Shown: positions 35,161 through 50,100 of the stretch, one piece after another | Layout: each line of letters begins with the position of its first letter | Position numbering within the stretch: position 1 is the stretch's first letter | Translations under genes and position numbers: made by a program | Source: Monocercomonoides exilis PA203 | Taxonomy: Eukaryota; Protista; Preaxostyla | Assembly (NCBI GenBank): GCA_001643675.2 | Contig: LSRY02000041.1 | Coordinates: 372,001-436,000 of the forward strand | Direction: 5' to 3' | DNA length: 64,000 nt | Notes under the pieces: model-generated | What the model was told of the DNA's origin: nothing | Seen by the model: only the letters and a program-made list of their open reading frames with translations | The model's database searches: none

Positions 35161-38100
35161 ATGAAATTTCGTTATGGAGTTACTTCAAAACAGCTTCATC
35201 CATGCAAAAATTGTGATCCAACTGTTTATTTGACAGTTTATTCTCCAAGAACGAATTTGACACCAGGCCCCACAAACGTGTGCCAAATTATTATTTCTTA
35301 AAGATATTTTTCATCTTTTATTTTTGATTTTTCATTCAAATTGTTTATAGGTTAAGTACATTCCATTTCGAAGGGATCTTTCAGATGATGGTTTTCAATC
35401 AAATAGTGCTTTGCAATCAATATCATTTTATATGTTAAGCCAGAAAAAACCAAGTGACAAAAACAATACCATTTTGATCGGTAAACAATCAAATAAACAT
35501 TTCATTCAGCCAAAAGAACTTTCTGAACCGATTTTTCCCAGGCACAGTGAACAAATTCATTCATTTATTCCACGTCCTAAATATCTTAAACGTTCAAGCT
35601 GCTCCATTGAATGGATTAGAAAAATTTTTAAGCCAGTTCCTTGCTCAAAAATTTATACTAAACAAGAATCTCCTCGTGAAGATAAAATCAATATTTCTGA
35701 ATTTGAGATCCCGGAAATTATTGTTCAAGGAAATTTCAGATTTGATTCAAGAGCGAAAGCTGTTTTAATGAGTGACTACAAATTTCAAAAGGATTCGTTA
35801 CTGAAGGATTTCTCAAAAGAACTGCATCACTCAAACAAATCCTTGTTTATTGCGCAACAGGAAATTAATTTCTTAACTTATCCTTTAGATTTAAGTGTTT
35901 GTAATGATATGACTCAAGTTTGCAGCTTTGAAACATCTCTTGTTTCTTCAACAATGCCGTCTTCTTTGAAGATCACAAACTTGTCACTTATTCAGGATAT
36001 TCATCTCACTGAACATTCTTTCAAACGTAACTACAAATTTACTAAGAAGCATGACATGCATAATTTGATTACATCGCAATTTCCAAGTGTTTCATCTATT
36101 TGTGGTGAGTTTTTAAAACCTCCATCTATTTTTTCGAAGAATATTAAGTCATCTTATCTGTCAATTCCTTCCATTTTGGATAGCATTTTGAGTGGATGCC
36201 CAACTTTATCCAAACAAAACGACTTCTCCTTTTCACACTCTCAAGCAATATTTGTTCGCTCACAGAGTCACTTTCCTTTGCAACCTTCATTTCAGAAAAA
36301 AGTTATTGAGCATCAAAAAGCTTATAATTCCATGGATAGCCCTTTATTTGAGCCAACAGTTCGTTCATTACTAACTCAATTTCTAATTCCTTCAACAAGA
36401 GCACATTCGCCAAAACATGATATCAAATCAGCGCAACTTGTGCAAAGTGATAATTCAACGACTGATCAAAAAGTTAACGAATCTGAAGTAATCGAATCCA
36501 GCAAGACACAAACAAAATCTCCTGAACATTCAAGACAAAGAAATATCCCACTTTCTTTCATGAATTTTCAGCGGCTGTCACCTTCAACGCAATCAGCAGA
36601 AATTTCGTTTTCAAAACCACAAACAAATATGAACAGACAATCAGAAAGCGAAAAAAGACTGCTTCAATCGTCTGATCTTGAACTTCTTTCGCAAATGAGA
36701 AATCAATCAAGCTATTCAACAACTAAAGTAAAAACCCCTTCATTACAAACAGTTTCAGCAAGCAATATTTCAGCAAGTGAACAACAAACGAAAGCTTCAA
36801 AGTTTGATTCTCCTTTCGAGACGGATTCAGTTCATCATTTAAATAATATTTCATTGTCCAATGAAAGTGCTTCGATTCTTATAAAAGAAAATGACAAAGA
36901 AGTGATTGTATTGGATTCACAGTCTCCTCTTCCGGATTGTGTTCCTTCGGAACCAAAGCCACACACATTGGAATTATCTTCTTCTCCTTCATCACAACGG
37001 AATATTATTACAATGCCATCGAAGCCATCGTCTCCAATAAGTCTGGCTGATGAGAATCATCAAGATGGTGTTTCACCACATATATCAGTAATTGCAACTC
37101 CTTCGCATGAAACAACTGCCAATTCATCTTTTGAAACACAAATTTCATCAAATTCTTCATTTGATCATCAAACTCCGACTTCACTTCATTCATTATCTTC
37201 TGAAAAGAACATTCCTTATCCTCAAATGAATCGTCCTATTTCTCATCTTTCTTCCTCTGACTTGCTTCTTTTGTCTTCAACAAAAACACAACGTCGAATG
37301 CACAGCGAATTAAAGGAAAACAACATTCAAACAACAAATCGAGCATCACCATCTTTCAGTTCTTCTTCCGATCATTTCTCACCAGTTACTCCATCACATC
37401 AATGTGATATTCAAAATTCTGAAAGAAGTCAGCACGATAAGATCACAACTCCAATCAGAAACAGACAGAGCGCTATTACAAAATGGCCTTCTCTTTCTCT
37501 TCCGCCAATGTCAATGTCAGACAAATTGCAAATGTTCATACGATTTCGCTCAAATGAGCTCCTCAATAGAGAAACTGAACAATCGACTCCTCAGCTTCCA
37601 AAGCCTTCTTCTAAACACGCAGATAATTCAGAAGAAAATGAAGAAAACACAATCGATCAATCTGCTTTTTTGGAAACAAAAGAAAAGAAACATTCAAAAA
37701 AATCTCTTGAGACATACAAAAACGAACTTTTGAAAAGGACCACCAATTTAGAGAGTGCAAAGCAGAGAAAAGTTGAAGAAAATGAAAACGAAACAAGCTC
37801 AGTCGAACAAAATTCAGAAAAGATGATGAAATCACTTCTTGATGAAGTTTCCTCGACTCTAATTCGAATAAACTCTATTTTAGACACTTTATATTTTCGA
37901 GGCACGCCATCTTCATCTTCGAATTCTACTTCGTCATCATCTTCTTTTTCTGAAGGATCTGAAACACCTTTATCAACTGAATATCCTCCACATGTCATCA
38001 AAGTTAGCGGAAGAACACCACTTTCAGTAGCATTAGATCCAATTTATGCACATCTGTATTCTTTCATTCAGGACGAATTCATGAAATGCCCTTTCCTTGC

Positions 38101-39554
38101 CCATCTACCTGGAATATCAGCAGAATCATTGACAATCAAAGAAATTGATAAGCTTCTCATGAAATATCGCGATGAGCTAATTAAAGATCCATATTATGCA
38201 CAACTTATGTCGGCACAAAGTGATAGTGCATCCAATCAGCAACACCCTCAAAAGATTTACGGGCAACAAAACATGTTTACTTCATCGAAACTTGCTTCTG
38301 CTTCACTGACAGTTCGCCGTTTCAAATCAATTGTGCCAAAAAAGACACTTTCTCTTCTCTTTCTTTTGAAGTTTGCAAAGATCACTCAAAAGACGCTTCT
38401 TCGCGATGGCCTCTCTTTTTGCTTGCGTATTGCTGAATCTGGTCCGTTTTCTCCTGAAAAGAACAAACACAGCGTAAAACAACAGGCCAGTGAATCAAGT
38501 TCAACTTCTATTTTTTCTCCTCCTTCATCTTCATCTCCTTCTTCTCAGGCTTCTGCATCCACATTGTTCAGATCGCTATTTATTGATTCGAGAAAGAAAG
38601 ACCTTCTTTTGAATGACTCGGAGTATTTCCCGATGATGCAAAGTGTAGTTGCTTTGATGAAAGCTGCACAGCGTCACGAACAGAGAAGCGTGCGAATTGA
38701 GGATGAGAATGCATCATCGCACAATGAAATGAAGTTGTCTGCTCAACTCTTTTTGAGGAAATGGACTGTTGATGCGTCTAAAGTGATTAGCAACAATCCT
38801 TTAGCATCATTCGATTCACCAATCATATCTTCTTCTTCTTCTTCTGCTTCTTCAACAACTTCATTTTCAAAAATTACTCTATCAAATGTCTACAGCATCA
38901 TTCCATTCATTCTGTTTGCACTACATAAACTTGGTGATAGCTATCGCGGATTCTGCTTTTCTTCTGCTTCTTCTCACAATCAATTATCAATGACCGCTTC
39001 ATCACTGCCAAGTGCTCCACCTTCAGCAATAATCATTGTGCCAAATGCGTTTCTGGCAAATGACATTTCAAGAATTATTGAAAGTGAAAATCAAAAGCAA
39101 CAAAGTTTGATACAAAAATACTTTTTAAATTATATTAATTTTAAATATATTTTCTTTTTCTTTTTCAATCTGTGTGCATTGTGATGTGTAGAGTATTTGA
39201 AACCATCCATCTTTTTTGCTCAAAAAACAGAGATTATGCCCCTTCCGAGAACGAAAGTTTTATCAATGGAAAAGATGAAAAGGCTGCTTGCATCTAGCAT
39301 GGATTCTCAAATTTTTACTGTTCATTGCAAATTATACATGGTGGCTGGAGAACAAGAAGACTTCAACAACTTATACAGAGTTATGTCTCAAAAGCGGAAT
39401 ATTTATGAATTGTGGCAAGCAACAGAGAAAGTGTGATTATTACATTATTCAAATTTTATTAAGATTATATTGTTATCGTTCTATTTCACAAATGTAAATA
39501 ATTTGTTTGTTTCTTTAATTGTAGGTCTATTTTGTAATTGGAGATTGCAGCTAA
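35161..39554 (+). CDS. Large Ser-rich hypothetical protein (~1,380 aa)
   Basis: ATG 35161 (MKFRYGVT...). Introns ~35278-35350, 39105-39191 and 39431-39524 join the 35411 and 39197 ORFs and a terminal exon VYFVIGDCS*. No confidently recognised domain. Confidence 0.7.
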
Positions 39555-41450
39555 GTTTTATCACATTAACATAATCGTTCATCATAGCAGATAAATCACA
39601 CGGATGATTGAAAGATTAAAATTTGAATTACGCCCACTTTTGCACAAATGCCAATATTCGTTTAAATTCCAGTTACCCAGACTCTTCCATCTTCAAAGCA
39701 ATTTTTGATATTGACTCAAATTCGATCTTTTAATATTTGGAGTTCAACAATTTTCAAGAAATATTTTAAAGAAATAATCTTTTTCAAATTTGAAGCTCAT
39801 TTTATTTGGAGAATTGAAATTGGTAACATCATTCCATCTCCTGTGAAAATTCAAAAATTTTTTGTTTAACATTTTCTTTTCATTTCTTTAGCATAAAAGT
39901 GAAAACTTTCATTCATATGTATTCTTGACTTATCATTCATTTTCAAATGATGAAACAACCATATGAAGATATTCAGATAATTAAAGTACAAATACGAAAA
40001 AATTAACATTAAAAATAAAAATTCAATTAGAAAAAAAGAAGAATCATTCGAAAATCTTAATTTTTTCTAATGGAAAATCCTTTTTTTATTCACTATGTGA
40101 ATAAAATAGAACATATCAATTTATTAAATAAACACATTATATAAAATAATAAACACCAACACCGACAATTCAATTGGTGCATGAAACATTTCAAAATGAG
40201 AGAAAGAGTTCAGTTACACACAAATCTGTGGAGAACTAATTTTTGAAAAAAAAAATTATTAAAAAATAAAATACAAAAAAATATATTATAAATAAATAAA
40301 TTAATCAATCAAAACAGTTAAAAAGTTATTGATAAAAAAACTACATGAAATTAACGCAAAAATACAATTTTTTAATAATAATAATTATTATAAACCAAAC
40401 CATTAATATCGATATCAAAAAGATAACAATTTCGCTACAATATTAATATTATAACAAACGAGGCTAATATTAATATTCAAATTTCAATAAAAAAATAAAA
40501 AAAATAGAAATTATAATGCGAAAATGCTGAAATGGGAGTTTTTCTCCATTATTTTGGAGGGCATAACATTAACAAAAAATTAAGAGACATACGAAAAAGA
40601 TCGAAAAATATCATTATCCATTCGGAAGAATTTATTCAAATCAAATTGGGCAGATTAAAAATATTAATCTTAAAAATGGAACAAGAATCGCACTTCAAAA
40701 CAGATAATTCACATTGAAAAAAAGAACAGAAAAGAAAAGAAACAACAAAAAATTGAAGACAACATGATTTGGGTCAAAACTTTCACCAAATAACAATAAA
40801 GACGCAAAGAACTTTTCATTTTTGCTTTTAATGTTGTCAAATATTCTTTCATAAAAAAAAGCAATTTTTCAAACAAAATCTAATGCAATCAATGCAATCA
40901 AAGCTTCGATGTTGGGAATTTGGCATTTTTCAAAAGGAAAAATCTAACAATCGAATTGCATCCAACAAAGAAACACGAACATCAAAACTGCTGAAAAGCT
41001 CCTGAAAACAATGCAGAATTACTTCAAAGTTAAAAAAAAAGAATCAACTTCATCAAAAATAAATTATGAAATTATGAAATAGTCCAAATAAATAAATAAA
41101 TAATTGCTTAAACAACGAATTGCAACAAAAACTATCAATATTTCATTCGTGTGAAATTAAAGCCAACTTAAAGCGAACCAAAACAATAAATCTTTCTTTG
41201 AGTTGAAAAAAAGTGCAATAACTAATTTCATCATTTGCATAACTATACATCGTCACATAAATCATATCCATCCAAGCCAAATCTTTTCTATATGGAATTA
41301 TTCAACCATAAAATAGAATTATTCGATTCTCTCTCTCTCTCTCTCTCTCCCTCATCCCATCTCCTTATCTCTTTCTCTCTCTTCTCTTTTTCCCTTCTCT
41401 CCACCTTTCATTCCCTCTCCCTCTTTCCCTCCCTCCTTTTCTCCTCCCTC

Positions 41451-42315
41451 TCACACCAAATGCCTCTTCGAGAACGATATCCTAATCATCTGCCCATTCA
41501 GCACCGTATTGTGCAGCAACGCCATCGTCTCCACCGCCTCCTCCGCTGTCTCATACTGCACCAGTGCCGTCGCCCTGTCCGTTCCCTGCCCCATTCTGTG
41601 CGCAACAGGCACCGCCCACCCGCTCATGTGCCTCAGAAGCTGCTGAGAAGACGTGTGTGCGGCCAGACAAGAGACAAGCAGTGTGCTGCTCGGACGCTGC
41701 ATTCCCTGCGACATCATTTTGGACGGGCGCTGCAGCACAACATTTGGGCCGATGTCGTATTCGACTGTCTTTGCGTGTGAGTCTTCGTCGTAGAGATGGA
41801 TGGAGGAGGAGGAGGAGGGAGAGGGAGAGGAGGAGGAAGAAGAAGAAGAGGGAGAGGAAGAAGAGGAAACAAAGATAGGGAGAATGGAGCGGTCGATTAG
41901 AGGAGAAAAGGTAGAGGAAGAAGAAGAGGAAGAGTTAGAAAACTGAGTTGGAGAAGATGAAGATGGAGAATTGGAAGAAGAAGAGACTGGTAAAGAATTC
42001 CTTGAAGCATCAGGAAATATGCAGAATTTAGAAGGGGAAGGTGTGTCGCCCATGAAAAGTGGAGTGGAAGCGGCAGTTACCGTATGAGCAGCTGGAAAAG
42101 AAAGTTTTGCAGGCAAAGAAGGAGCTTGCAATGAATGAGAAGAGAGAGAAGAGGGAGAAGAAGAATTCATCTGAGAATTAGTTGAAGGAGGAGGCGGTGG
42201 AGGAAGGGTGGATGAGACAGAGGGATGAACAGGGAAAGAAGGAGGAGGCGGAAGATTGAGCACTTTGACAGAAGCACCTGAGGCATCGGTGAAGGTTGTA
42301 TAAGAAGGATAAGAG

Positions 42316-42347
<32 letters not shown>

Positions 42348-43891
42348 AGAAGAAGAAGAAGAAGAAGAAGACGATGGAGTTGAAGATATTGCTGATTGTG
42401 AAGATGATTTTGAAGAAATAGAAGAAGAAGTTGAAGTCGCCTTCACGCCCATCACATCCACCCCTTGTGAGTAAGCCACAGGCAGACTATGCACATTCTT
42501 CTGTGCTTTACCAGCAGGGTTCTCGTGTGTCGGGATGATTGCATCGTATTTCGAGAAGTTCACATCCAACGGCGTGCCAAAGAGCTTCGTGTTTTTCAAA
42601 TAGTAAAAAGCCGACTGGGCGCCGGCCGGCTCTCTGAACTGGATCAAGGCGGTGTCTGGCTTGGAGAAGGTGATTTTGATGCGGACGATGCTGCCGTAGT
42701 GCGAGAAGAGGTTGAACAGCTCGCGGCAGCCTACACACGACGGGTTGAATTTGGAGACGATGAGAACACATTTGTCTTCGGTGAAGTAGGGGTACAGGGA
42801 CGAGAGGGCAGAGATGTTGGAGAGGAGGGTGGAGGAAGAAGAGGAAGAAGAAGAAGAGGAGGAGGAGGAGGCAGAAGAAGAAGGTGATGATGATGAACTT
42901 GAGGGTCGTGTTTTGTGAGAAGATGATGTATTCGAAGGAGAGGCTGACGAAGAGAGCTTTGTCTGTGTCTGTGTCTGTGATTGTGATTGTGATTGCGATT
43001 TTGATGCAGACGAAGATGCAGCTGTAGATTTAGCTGTTGCTGATGATATATTCTGCTGTGAATCTTCTTTTGAAGCGACTGTGTAGTCAACAGATCGTTC
43101 TGAATTCTCTTTGATTACAAGCTCCTTAAACGATGAGTACTGCATCTGCAAAAGGCAGCTGTTTGGATAAATAAACTTTCCGTCTAAATTCTCCTTTGCT
43201 GCTGTGGCGCTTTCAATGCAGCTGAATTGTATAAGCGCTTGAATTGCCCCAACTGAAAAATGTCAAGCAATAGATTTAATTATTAATTTGTTAAAAAAAA
43301 AAGATATAGCTTTTTTATTGAAAAATACAATTTTATAAATCTCAAACCTTTCTTTGAAAATAACAGAATTTTTTCAACTTGCCTTCGAGAATTTGTTTCA
43401 AAAGGCGAAAATATTTGAGTAAGGAGAGATAGATTAATTGGATAAGATGGATTTATAATATTCACAAATAAAATACGAGAAGGTTCAACAATTTTTGAAG
43501 AAGGGGGACTTGCAAATAATTCCTTGTGAGTAGAAAATTGTACGGAAATTGTACTTGAGCGGATAACAAGCGGGTGAGAAGAGTAAAAAGAATAAAAGGC
43601 TTCAGCAGCTTCCGCAGATTCGAATTGCATAAGTGCTTGATTTCTAGATTTTAGAAGAATAGCCTGACTAACAGTCCCAAATGGACTCCCCACATTTAAT
43701 AAGTCATCCTGGAGAATCGTATTAAACAAATTAAAATAAAAAAAAACCCAATAAACCTGATCGATGTCCAATCCTACGTTTCTCAAGTGCAATACAGTTG
43801 AATGCTTTTGTGATCTTTTAGAGTAATCAGAATGTTTTTGAGAGAAACGAATTGGAATGCTTGGAGATTCCATCGATAAAAAAGAAGTCAT
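41451..43891 (-). CDS. Polypyrimidine-tract-binding protein / hnRNP L-like protein with 4 RRMs
   Basis: RRM1 STVLHLRNV...NQALMQF; RRM2 SRILFVNIINPSYPI...VEKILLFSKK-VGAIQALIQF...LDGKFIYPNSCLLQMQYS; RRM3 CVLIVSKFNP...LFNLFSHYGSIVRIKI...DTALIQF; RRM4 PSSTLLVS...IRISFSK. Introns 43709-43756 and 43253-43347. Confidence 0.9.
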
Positions 43892-44123
43892 TGTTAAAAA
43901 AACTAAATTTGAGAATAAAACAATAAAAAATTCAACTGAAAAAATATATGTGATTCTACATTTTATGATAATCGCGTTATCCTATGTCTTTGACTTACAA
44001 CACTCCAAATAATATAATAATTTATCTACCAATAATGAATAAATAATATAATGGCCATTTCCCATCAATTTAATTTTTGTTAGATATTTTGGTGAGTACT
44101 CGAAAATCAAAGGGAATTTTTGA

Positions 44124-47100
44124 ATGAAAATACATGCAGCAGATCCCCTAGATCTGGAATTCGTTTCCCTAATGGAATTTGATGAATTAGAGGGAGTTTG
44201 CGAATTTTGATGTTCATATTTCAAAATTTTTAATTTTTCACTTATGCAGCCAATTCCTCTGCTTGCTGAACCTGAATCTGCAAGAAGTCACAATATTGAT
44301 TTCACTGATCTCTGCTTGAAAATCATGCTGATTCCAAAAGATTATGGATTTGACAATGAAGCCGATTCACTTCCTATTGATAAATCTGTAGTTATAATCA
44401 ATGATGATAGCCAAACATATGCAGCAGTTTGCTCCTGGATTGAATGTTATTGAGTGTATTGATATGAAAATTTAGGTGCATCATTTTTCTCTTTCAGATA
44501 TTGATGCAAGAGGATTTGTCAGAGCATATTCTCTAAGCTTTTTCTTTGCTTCAAAAGAAAAGCTTCTTTTAGTTCTTGACCAGGTTCAACAAGATTTTAT
44601 TGCGGTGTGTTTTTTTATTAGTTTGAAATAGTTTAAGCTAATCTTAAATCATTTGACATTAAATGTTTCAGCTTTCTCGCTTTGTGCAAGCACTAACATG
44701 GCCTCAATTTCTTATAGATTGCTTGCAGCAAATTCACAAGCTTCAAGGAAAATATAAATCCGCTTTGTTTGCATTACCAAAGGAACAGCAAAGCATTTTT
44801 TTACCTGATGTGCAAACAATTTGTGATGATATAATTTCCTTCACTAAAATTCCTCTTCCACACTTCAAAAATGTATCAGATGAAGAAGATACGTGCGACT
44901 CTAACTCTAATTCAAATGATAATTCTTCATTAGCAGTATGCAGATATTTTAAAAATAAAATTTAAACTTAACTTTCTCAATAAATGTTTAACTTTCAAAA
45001 AAATAAATTTTGAATATCGATGTAGACATTCAGCGAAATAAGTGAAGAAGAGTTTCGAATCAGACAGCTATTGAGTTCTCGATGGAGAGCACTAATCAAA
45101 GGAGGCATCCTTCCAGAACCAGAAAATGAAAGCATTTTGAACACAGCATTTCCTGACACATGTCAAAATTTCATGTCAAATAATAGTTTTCAATACAACC
45201 TTAAGTCAGTTGATGACTCTTTCTTGGTAGAAGACAAGTGGAATAAGCAGTTCATTGGAAGCAATAATTCCAACCAGATCATTCACCCAGATCTTTTGAA
45301 TCTTCTGAAATACGAACATGCACAAATGCGTTCATTTGTAACTTTCCTCCTTTCTTCAGACAGAACAGCCAATGAAAACGACAGCAAAGAAAGCACATTG
45401 TCTGATTGGCAGAATCCAACCTTCCCACTCGAACTCTTTCCAAAGTTAAAACAATATGCCTCGCCCGAACTGAATGCTTCTGTGAAGTCGTGTTCTCCTT
45501 CCCCATCCTCATCTACCCAAACGCCAGCTGCTCTTTCTCCATCAAATGCAGCTTCTTCTGCACAATCTCTTCCTCAGCCATCTGCAGACACCTCAGAAAC
45601 AAGATCACTCACAACAGACTCACAGGCTTCTAATCAGTCTTTGTCACAAATATCGTCTCAGCTATCACCTCACTTATTATCACAATCTTCTCCTCCTCCT
45701 CCTTCTTCTTCTACTACTTCTGTTCAAATGACACAACAATCAACTGATTCTTCTGCAGACAACTCGCTCGAACGCCACAAATTGCGTTCGTTTTCTGACT
45801 TGTTTGGGAAATGCTGGCTTTATTCGCCTAGTTCATCAGCACAAAAAGCACGAATTTCTCATCAAAATGCAACTTTGCCTTTTTCTTTGAGTCTGAAGAG
45901 TTCCTCAAGCACTCCTTCTTTGTTCTCAAATGGACCATCCTATTCAAATCAAACGGCTTCTTCCAATGCCTCTAAACAACTAATTTCAAATTCTTCATCT
46001 AATTCATTGTTGTCTTCTTCTTCTTCCTCAACTTTCTCCTCCTCTTCTTCTTGTGAATGTATTCATCCAATTTACCTCTTTTTGCTGCGCCTCAAGAAAA
46101 TACACGCAGCGTATTCTCGTCCTTTCTTCCATCTTCTTGTCGAGAAAGACGAGTTGGCATCTGCTGGAGGGCTTATCGATACTTCTGAATCAAACTCTTC
46201 TTCTGCTTCTTCTTCTTCTTTTTCTTCTTTGTCTCTGTTGAATTCATCGCTTATCAATAACACTGTTCAAGTTGCATCTCATCAGAAAATCACAAAATCT
46301 GGGATAGAAAAATTGATAAGCAAGCAGATAGAAAAAGCAATGAACGAAGCAGATGAAGAGAACGGATGCATGTTTTGGCTGGAACAAGCGCTTAAACACA
46401 TCGAAAGCGCTGTTTGTGCAAACAATTCTTCTTCTTCTTCTTCTTATTCGCAATTATCATCGAAATCTCTTTATCAAACTATGAATTCACCATCCAACAT
46501 GTATTCTTCCTGCTTCGCTTCTTCTCCATGCTCATTTTCACAGCAACAACAAACATTCACACAAAATCCATCACTTTCTTCTTCTTCTTCCTCTTCCTCT
46601 TCCTCTTCCTCTTCCTCTTCTCCTTCTCCTTCTCTCCTCTCCACTTTCTCCTTCTCCATTGGTCGCTCCTTCTACGCAGAGGCCGCGAGCAGTCTGTCAC
46701 AGATGCCTGGCTTAGGCTCCTTCATCATCCCCTCGATGGCATCGTATTCCTCCCAAAACACACTTTCTGCACTGCAACATTATTCTCTCAACAAACAACA
46801 ACAGAAACAACAGAAACAACAACAGCAGCAGAAGCATAAGAAGCATCCCTCGCCAAACAAGAGGAATGGAGCTGATCATTCGCTCAACACTTTCCCTCAG
46901 ACCAAAAATGTCCATCCATTTCAGCAGATCCTCTCGTCTTTCCTCATCAACCAGCAGATGATGCTCCCTTTCTTCCGCAATCGATTCATCGACAGACAGC
47001 TTTCTCCGTCTTCGTATTGCTGCTTCCCCAAAGTAGTCAGACAACACCAGCAGCACCATACAACCCCACAAAGGATGGCAAAGAACACTCTTTCTGATTC

Positions 47101-50100
47101 ATTGCCAAATGATAATAACTCAAATACAGAAGCATCGAAGGATACAGAAAACACACAAAATGAGAGGAATATGAAAGAAGTTTCGATTCCTCGTCCGCTG
47201 AGTCTGTCTCCTTCGTTTCCTCTTCCCTTCTCAGTATCTCTTCTCCCCTCCTTTTTCTCCTTCTCTCTTAACCTGCCACCGAACAGCGAGCTCCTCTCCC
47301 TCATCCCTTCTCTCCATGGGCGCACCTCCCCTTCCTTCTACCCCTTCCTGTCTGTTGCCACTCAATCTGTGAATGCCCTCCAATCTCGCTGGATGTCCTC
47401 TGCACAGCGCTCGCTGCTGAACATCCAGCGCAGCCAGCTCCCCGACGGGCACCTCACAATCGAGCAGGTGGAGATCGAAGAGAAGCTGCAGGCAATCCCG
47501 GCGACACTCCGCCTGCTGTCAGACTCGCCTTCGTTGGGCTTCTGTCCGGAACTCATCCGCCTGAGGCAGTCGTCTCACGTGGCAGTGACACATTCGTCGT
47601 CGTTCTCTGGGAAAGAGAGCGCAGACAGCAAGAGAGGGAGGACAGGGCAGGCAGGGTTCATCAAGCGGGTGCTGAAGCAGATTGCAATTCCGCAGATGGT
47701 GTCAGCGATTTCGAAGCTGCCGGGCGTTGGAGGAGAGGGAAATCGGCTGACGAGATCGTTTTCGGTGGGGTCAGCACAGGGAAACAAGGCGTTTTTGAAG
47801 GGGCAGAAGGGGAAGAGAGGGATGAGTGAAAGAGGAGAGAGAGAAGATGGAGGCAAAAGAGGAGGGGAAAAAGGAGATGCAGCTGGAGGTGCAAATGGAG
47901 AAGATGGCGAAGAAGGATTAAATATCAACAGATTTAATGAGAGCAAGAGTGAAGGAGAAGGAGTAGGAGGAGGAGAAGAAGATGCAGACCAACAACAGCA
48001 GCAGCAACAGATGGGACAAGAAGAGCAAAGTTCCGATGGGATCTCTCTGCTGCAGTCGGCGATGACTGAGACAGTTTTGGATGTTCCGTCCGCAAAGCGG
48101 AGCAGCAGGCGATTGGCAGCAATGGCATCTCTTCCGCAGTTCGTGGCGCCTCTTCCGTCGCTCACCGAAGCAGCATCAGACGAGGCCTTTGCAACACCAG
48201 CCTCGTTTGCTGCTGAGCAGAAGCCAGACTCGTTTGAGGTCGAGAAGGAAAACGAGTTCTGTGTGATTTCTTCTCCAGTCATTTCGTCTTCACTGAATTC
48301 GAAGGCTTCTGGAGATTCCTCTGCACATACAGAAGAAGAGTATGCGATTGTTCCCCATTTGCCTCCTTCTCTCTTGGAAAAGGAGACGTCCACTGAAAAT
48401 GGCTTGACTGACTTACCATCAGAGGCAGATAAACAGACTATTTCAAATGAAATAGCACATTCAGATAATTCCAGTGAAGAAGTAGCATCAGAACAGAGTT
48501 CATTTGAGACGGAATCGCCAAAAACAAACAAAGAAGAAGCGGATGATGCATCAGACGACACAATGCAGAAGTCTTCTGCATCTGCACTTGCTCTTTCTCT
48601 ACCTAATTCTGAAGCAGAATCACCACTTCCGACTGACCAGCCCCTCAAAACCAGCCCATCAGGCAGCATTATTATGCAGACAGTGGCAGCTCCTTCCTCT
48701 TTTGCCTCTCAGCCCACGCCCACATCACTCAAACAGAATGCCAGTGAAGCAGAGTCTGACCATTTGGATGTGCAGAATAGCTATTTTGAGATAGTCGATG
48801 AACGAACAATGAAGAATGATGGCTCTTTGCCTCCACCTTACACTTCTCTCGAATTCAAGCCATTTCGAGACAAAAACAGAACAAGTGGAAATTCTCCTAT
48901 TCAACTGAATTCTTCTTTGTCCATGCCTTCATCGCCACCTTCTTCTTCTTCTTCTCTTTCGAAAACAAAAAATGACCGTATGAAACGAGCCAACACAATT
49001 GTTGCGCCTTCGTTTCCTCCTCATTCTCCCTCGACTGTTCCTCTTTCTCGCACCTTTCACCGCAACAGCCTCGAATCCACACACGAATACCATTCTTCTC
49101 CTTTCTCCTCCTTTGTGACTTCTCCAATCTCTTCTCCTTCTGCTTCGCCTTCCGCCTCGCCGGTCAAGTTCTCTCTTTCTTCTCTCCCATTAGCCCATTC
49201 GCCTTCTTCCCCCACCTGCTTTTCCTCTCCTTCTCCTCCTCCTCTTTCTCTCTCTGACTCTTCTGCTCATCTCACACACACTTCCACTCCACAAGCGCCT
49301 GTCTCCTCTTCCTTCAGCCTTTCTGTTCTGTCTCATCAAACTGATCTATTCGTGTTGGCACTTCTGGACGAACTGTCACATGCTGACTGCTCTAACTCTT
49401 GTTCCTCTTCCTCCTCCTCCTCATCATCATTATCTTCTTCTTCATCACTTCAACAAAACCTTCTTTCATTGCAACAGCTGAATTCATCTTCTGCCCTCTT
49501 GAAGTCTTCTCCCTCTGATACATCCATCGCCTCGCATGTGTCCGTTTTCCTTCCTCTTCTCCTCACATCTGCCGAGCTGCGGGGCATCGCTATGAAAAGC
49601 CATGCCTCTTCCGCTGTGCTCAGCTGCAGCTCTTCTTTTCCGCCTCACTCTTTTCGGAGTCTGTTCACAAAATACATGTTCTTCCCGCATGTTGTGTGTG
49701 CTGTGCTGAGAGGGGTTGCAGTGGTTGTCCATGCGAATGAGGAGAGAAGAAGCGAAGTGGAGGACCTGGTGAATGCACTGTCCTTCTTTGTCCCTGGACA
49801 GACATTTGTGTCGGGTACTTCACAAACAGCAACAACATCTTATTTTTCTTCTTCTTCTTCTTCTCTCAATTCTTCCTCTTCTTCCTCTTCTTCTGTTCGT
49901 TCAGTCATCTCTTTGATTGAGCCATGGCGCACAGAAGATATCAAGTCATCGGATCTTCCTCGGCTGAAGCTGTGTGGGCTGTCGAAAGCCAATCGTGTAC
50001 AGTCAGCGTTGCTGAATCATATTGTGTATTGGAACTATGAGAAGGGGATTGTGAGGGTAGAGATGGTGAAAGGGGTGGGGGCAGTTGGAGGAAAGGATGA

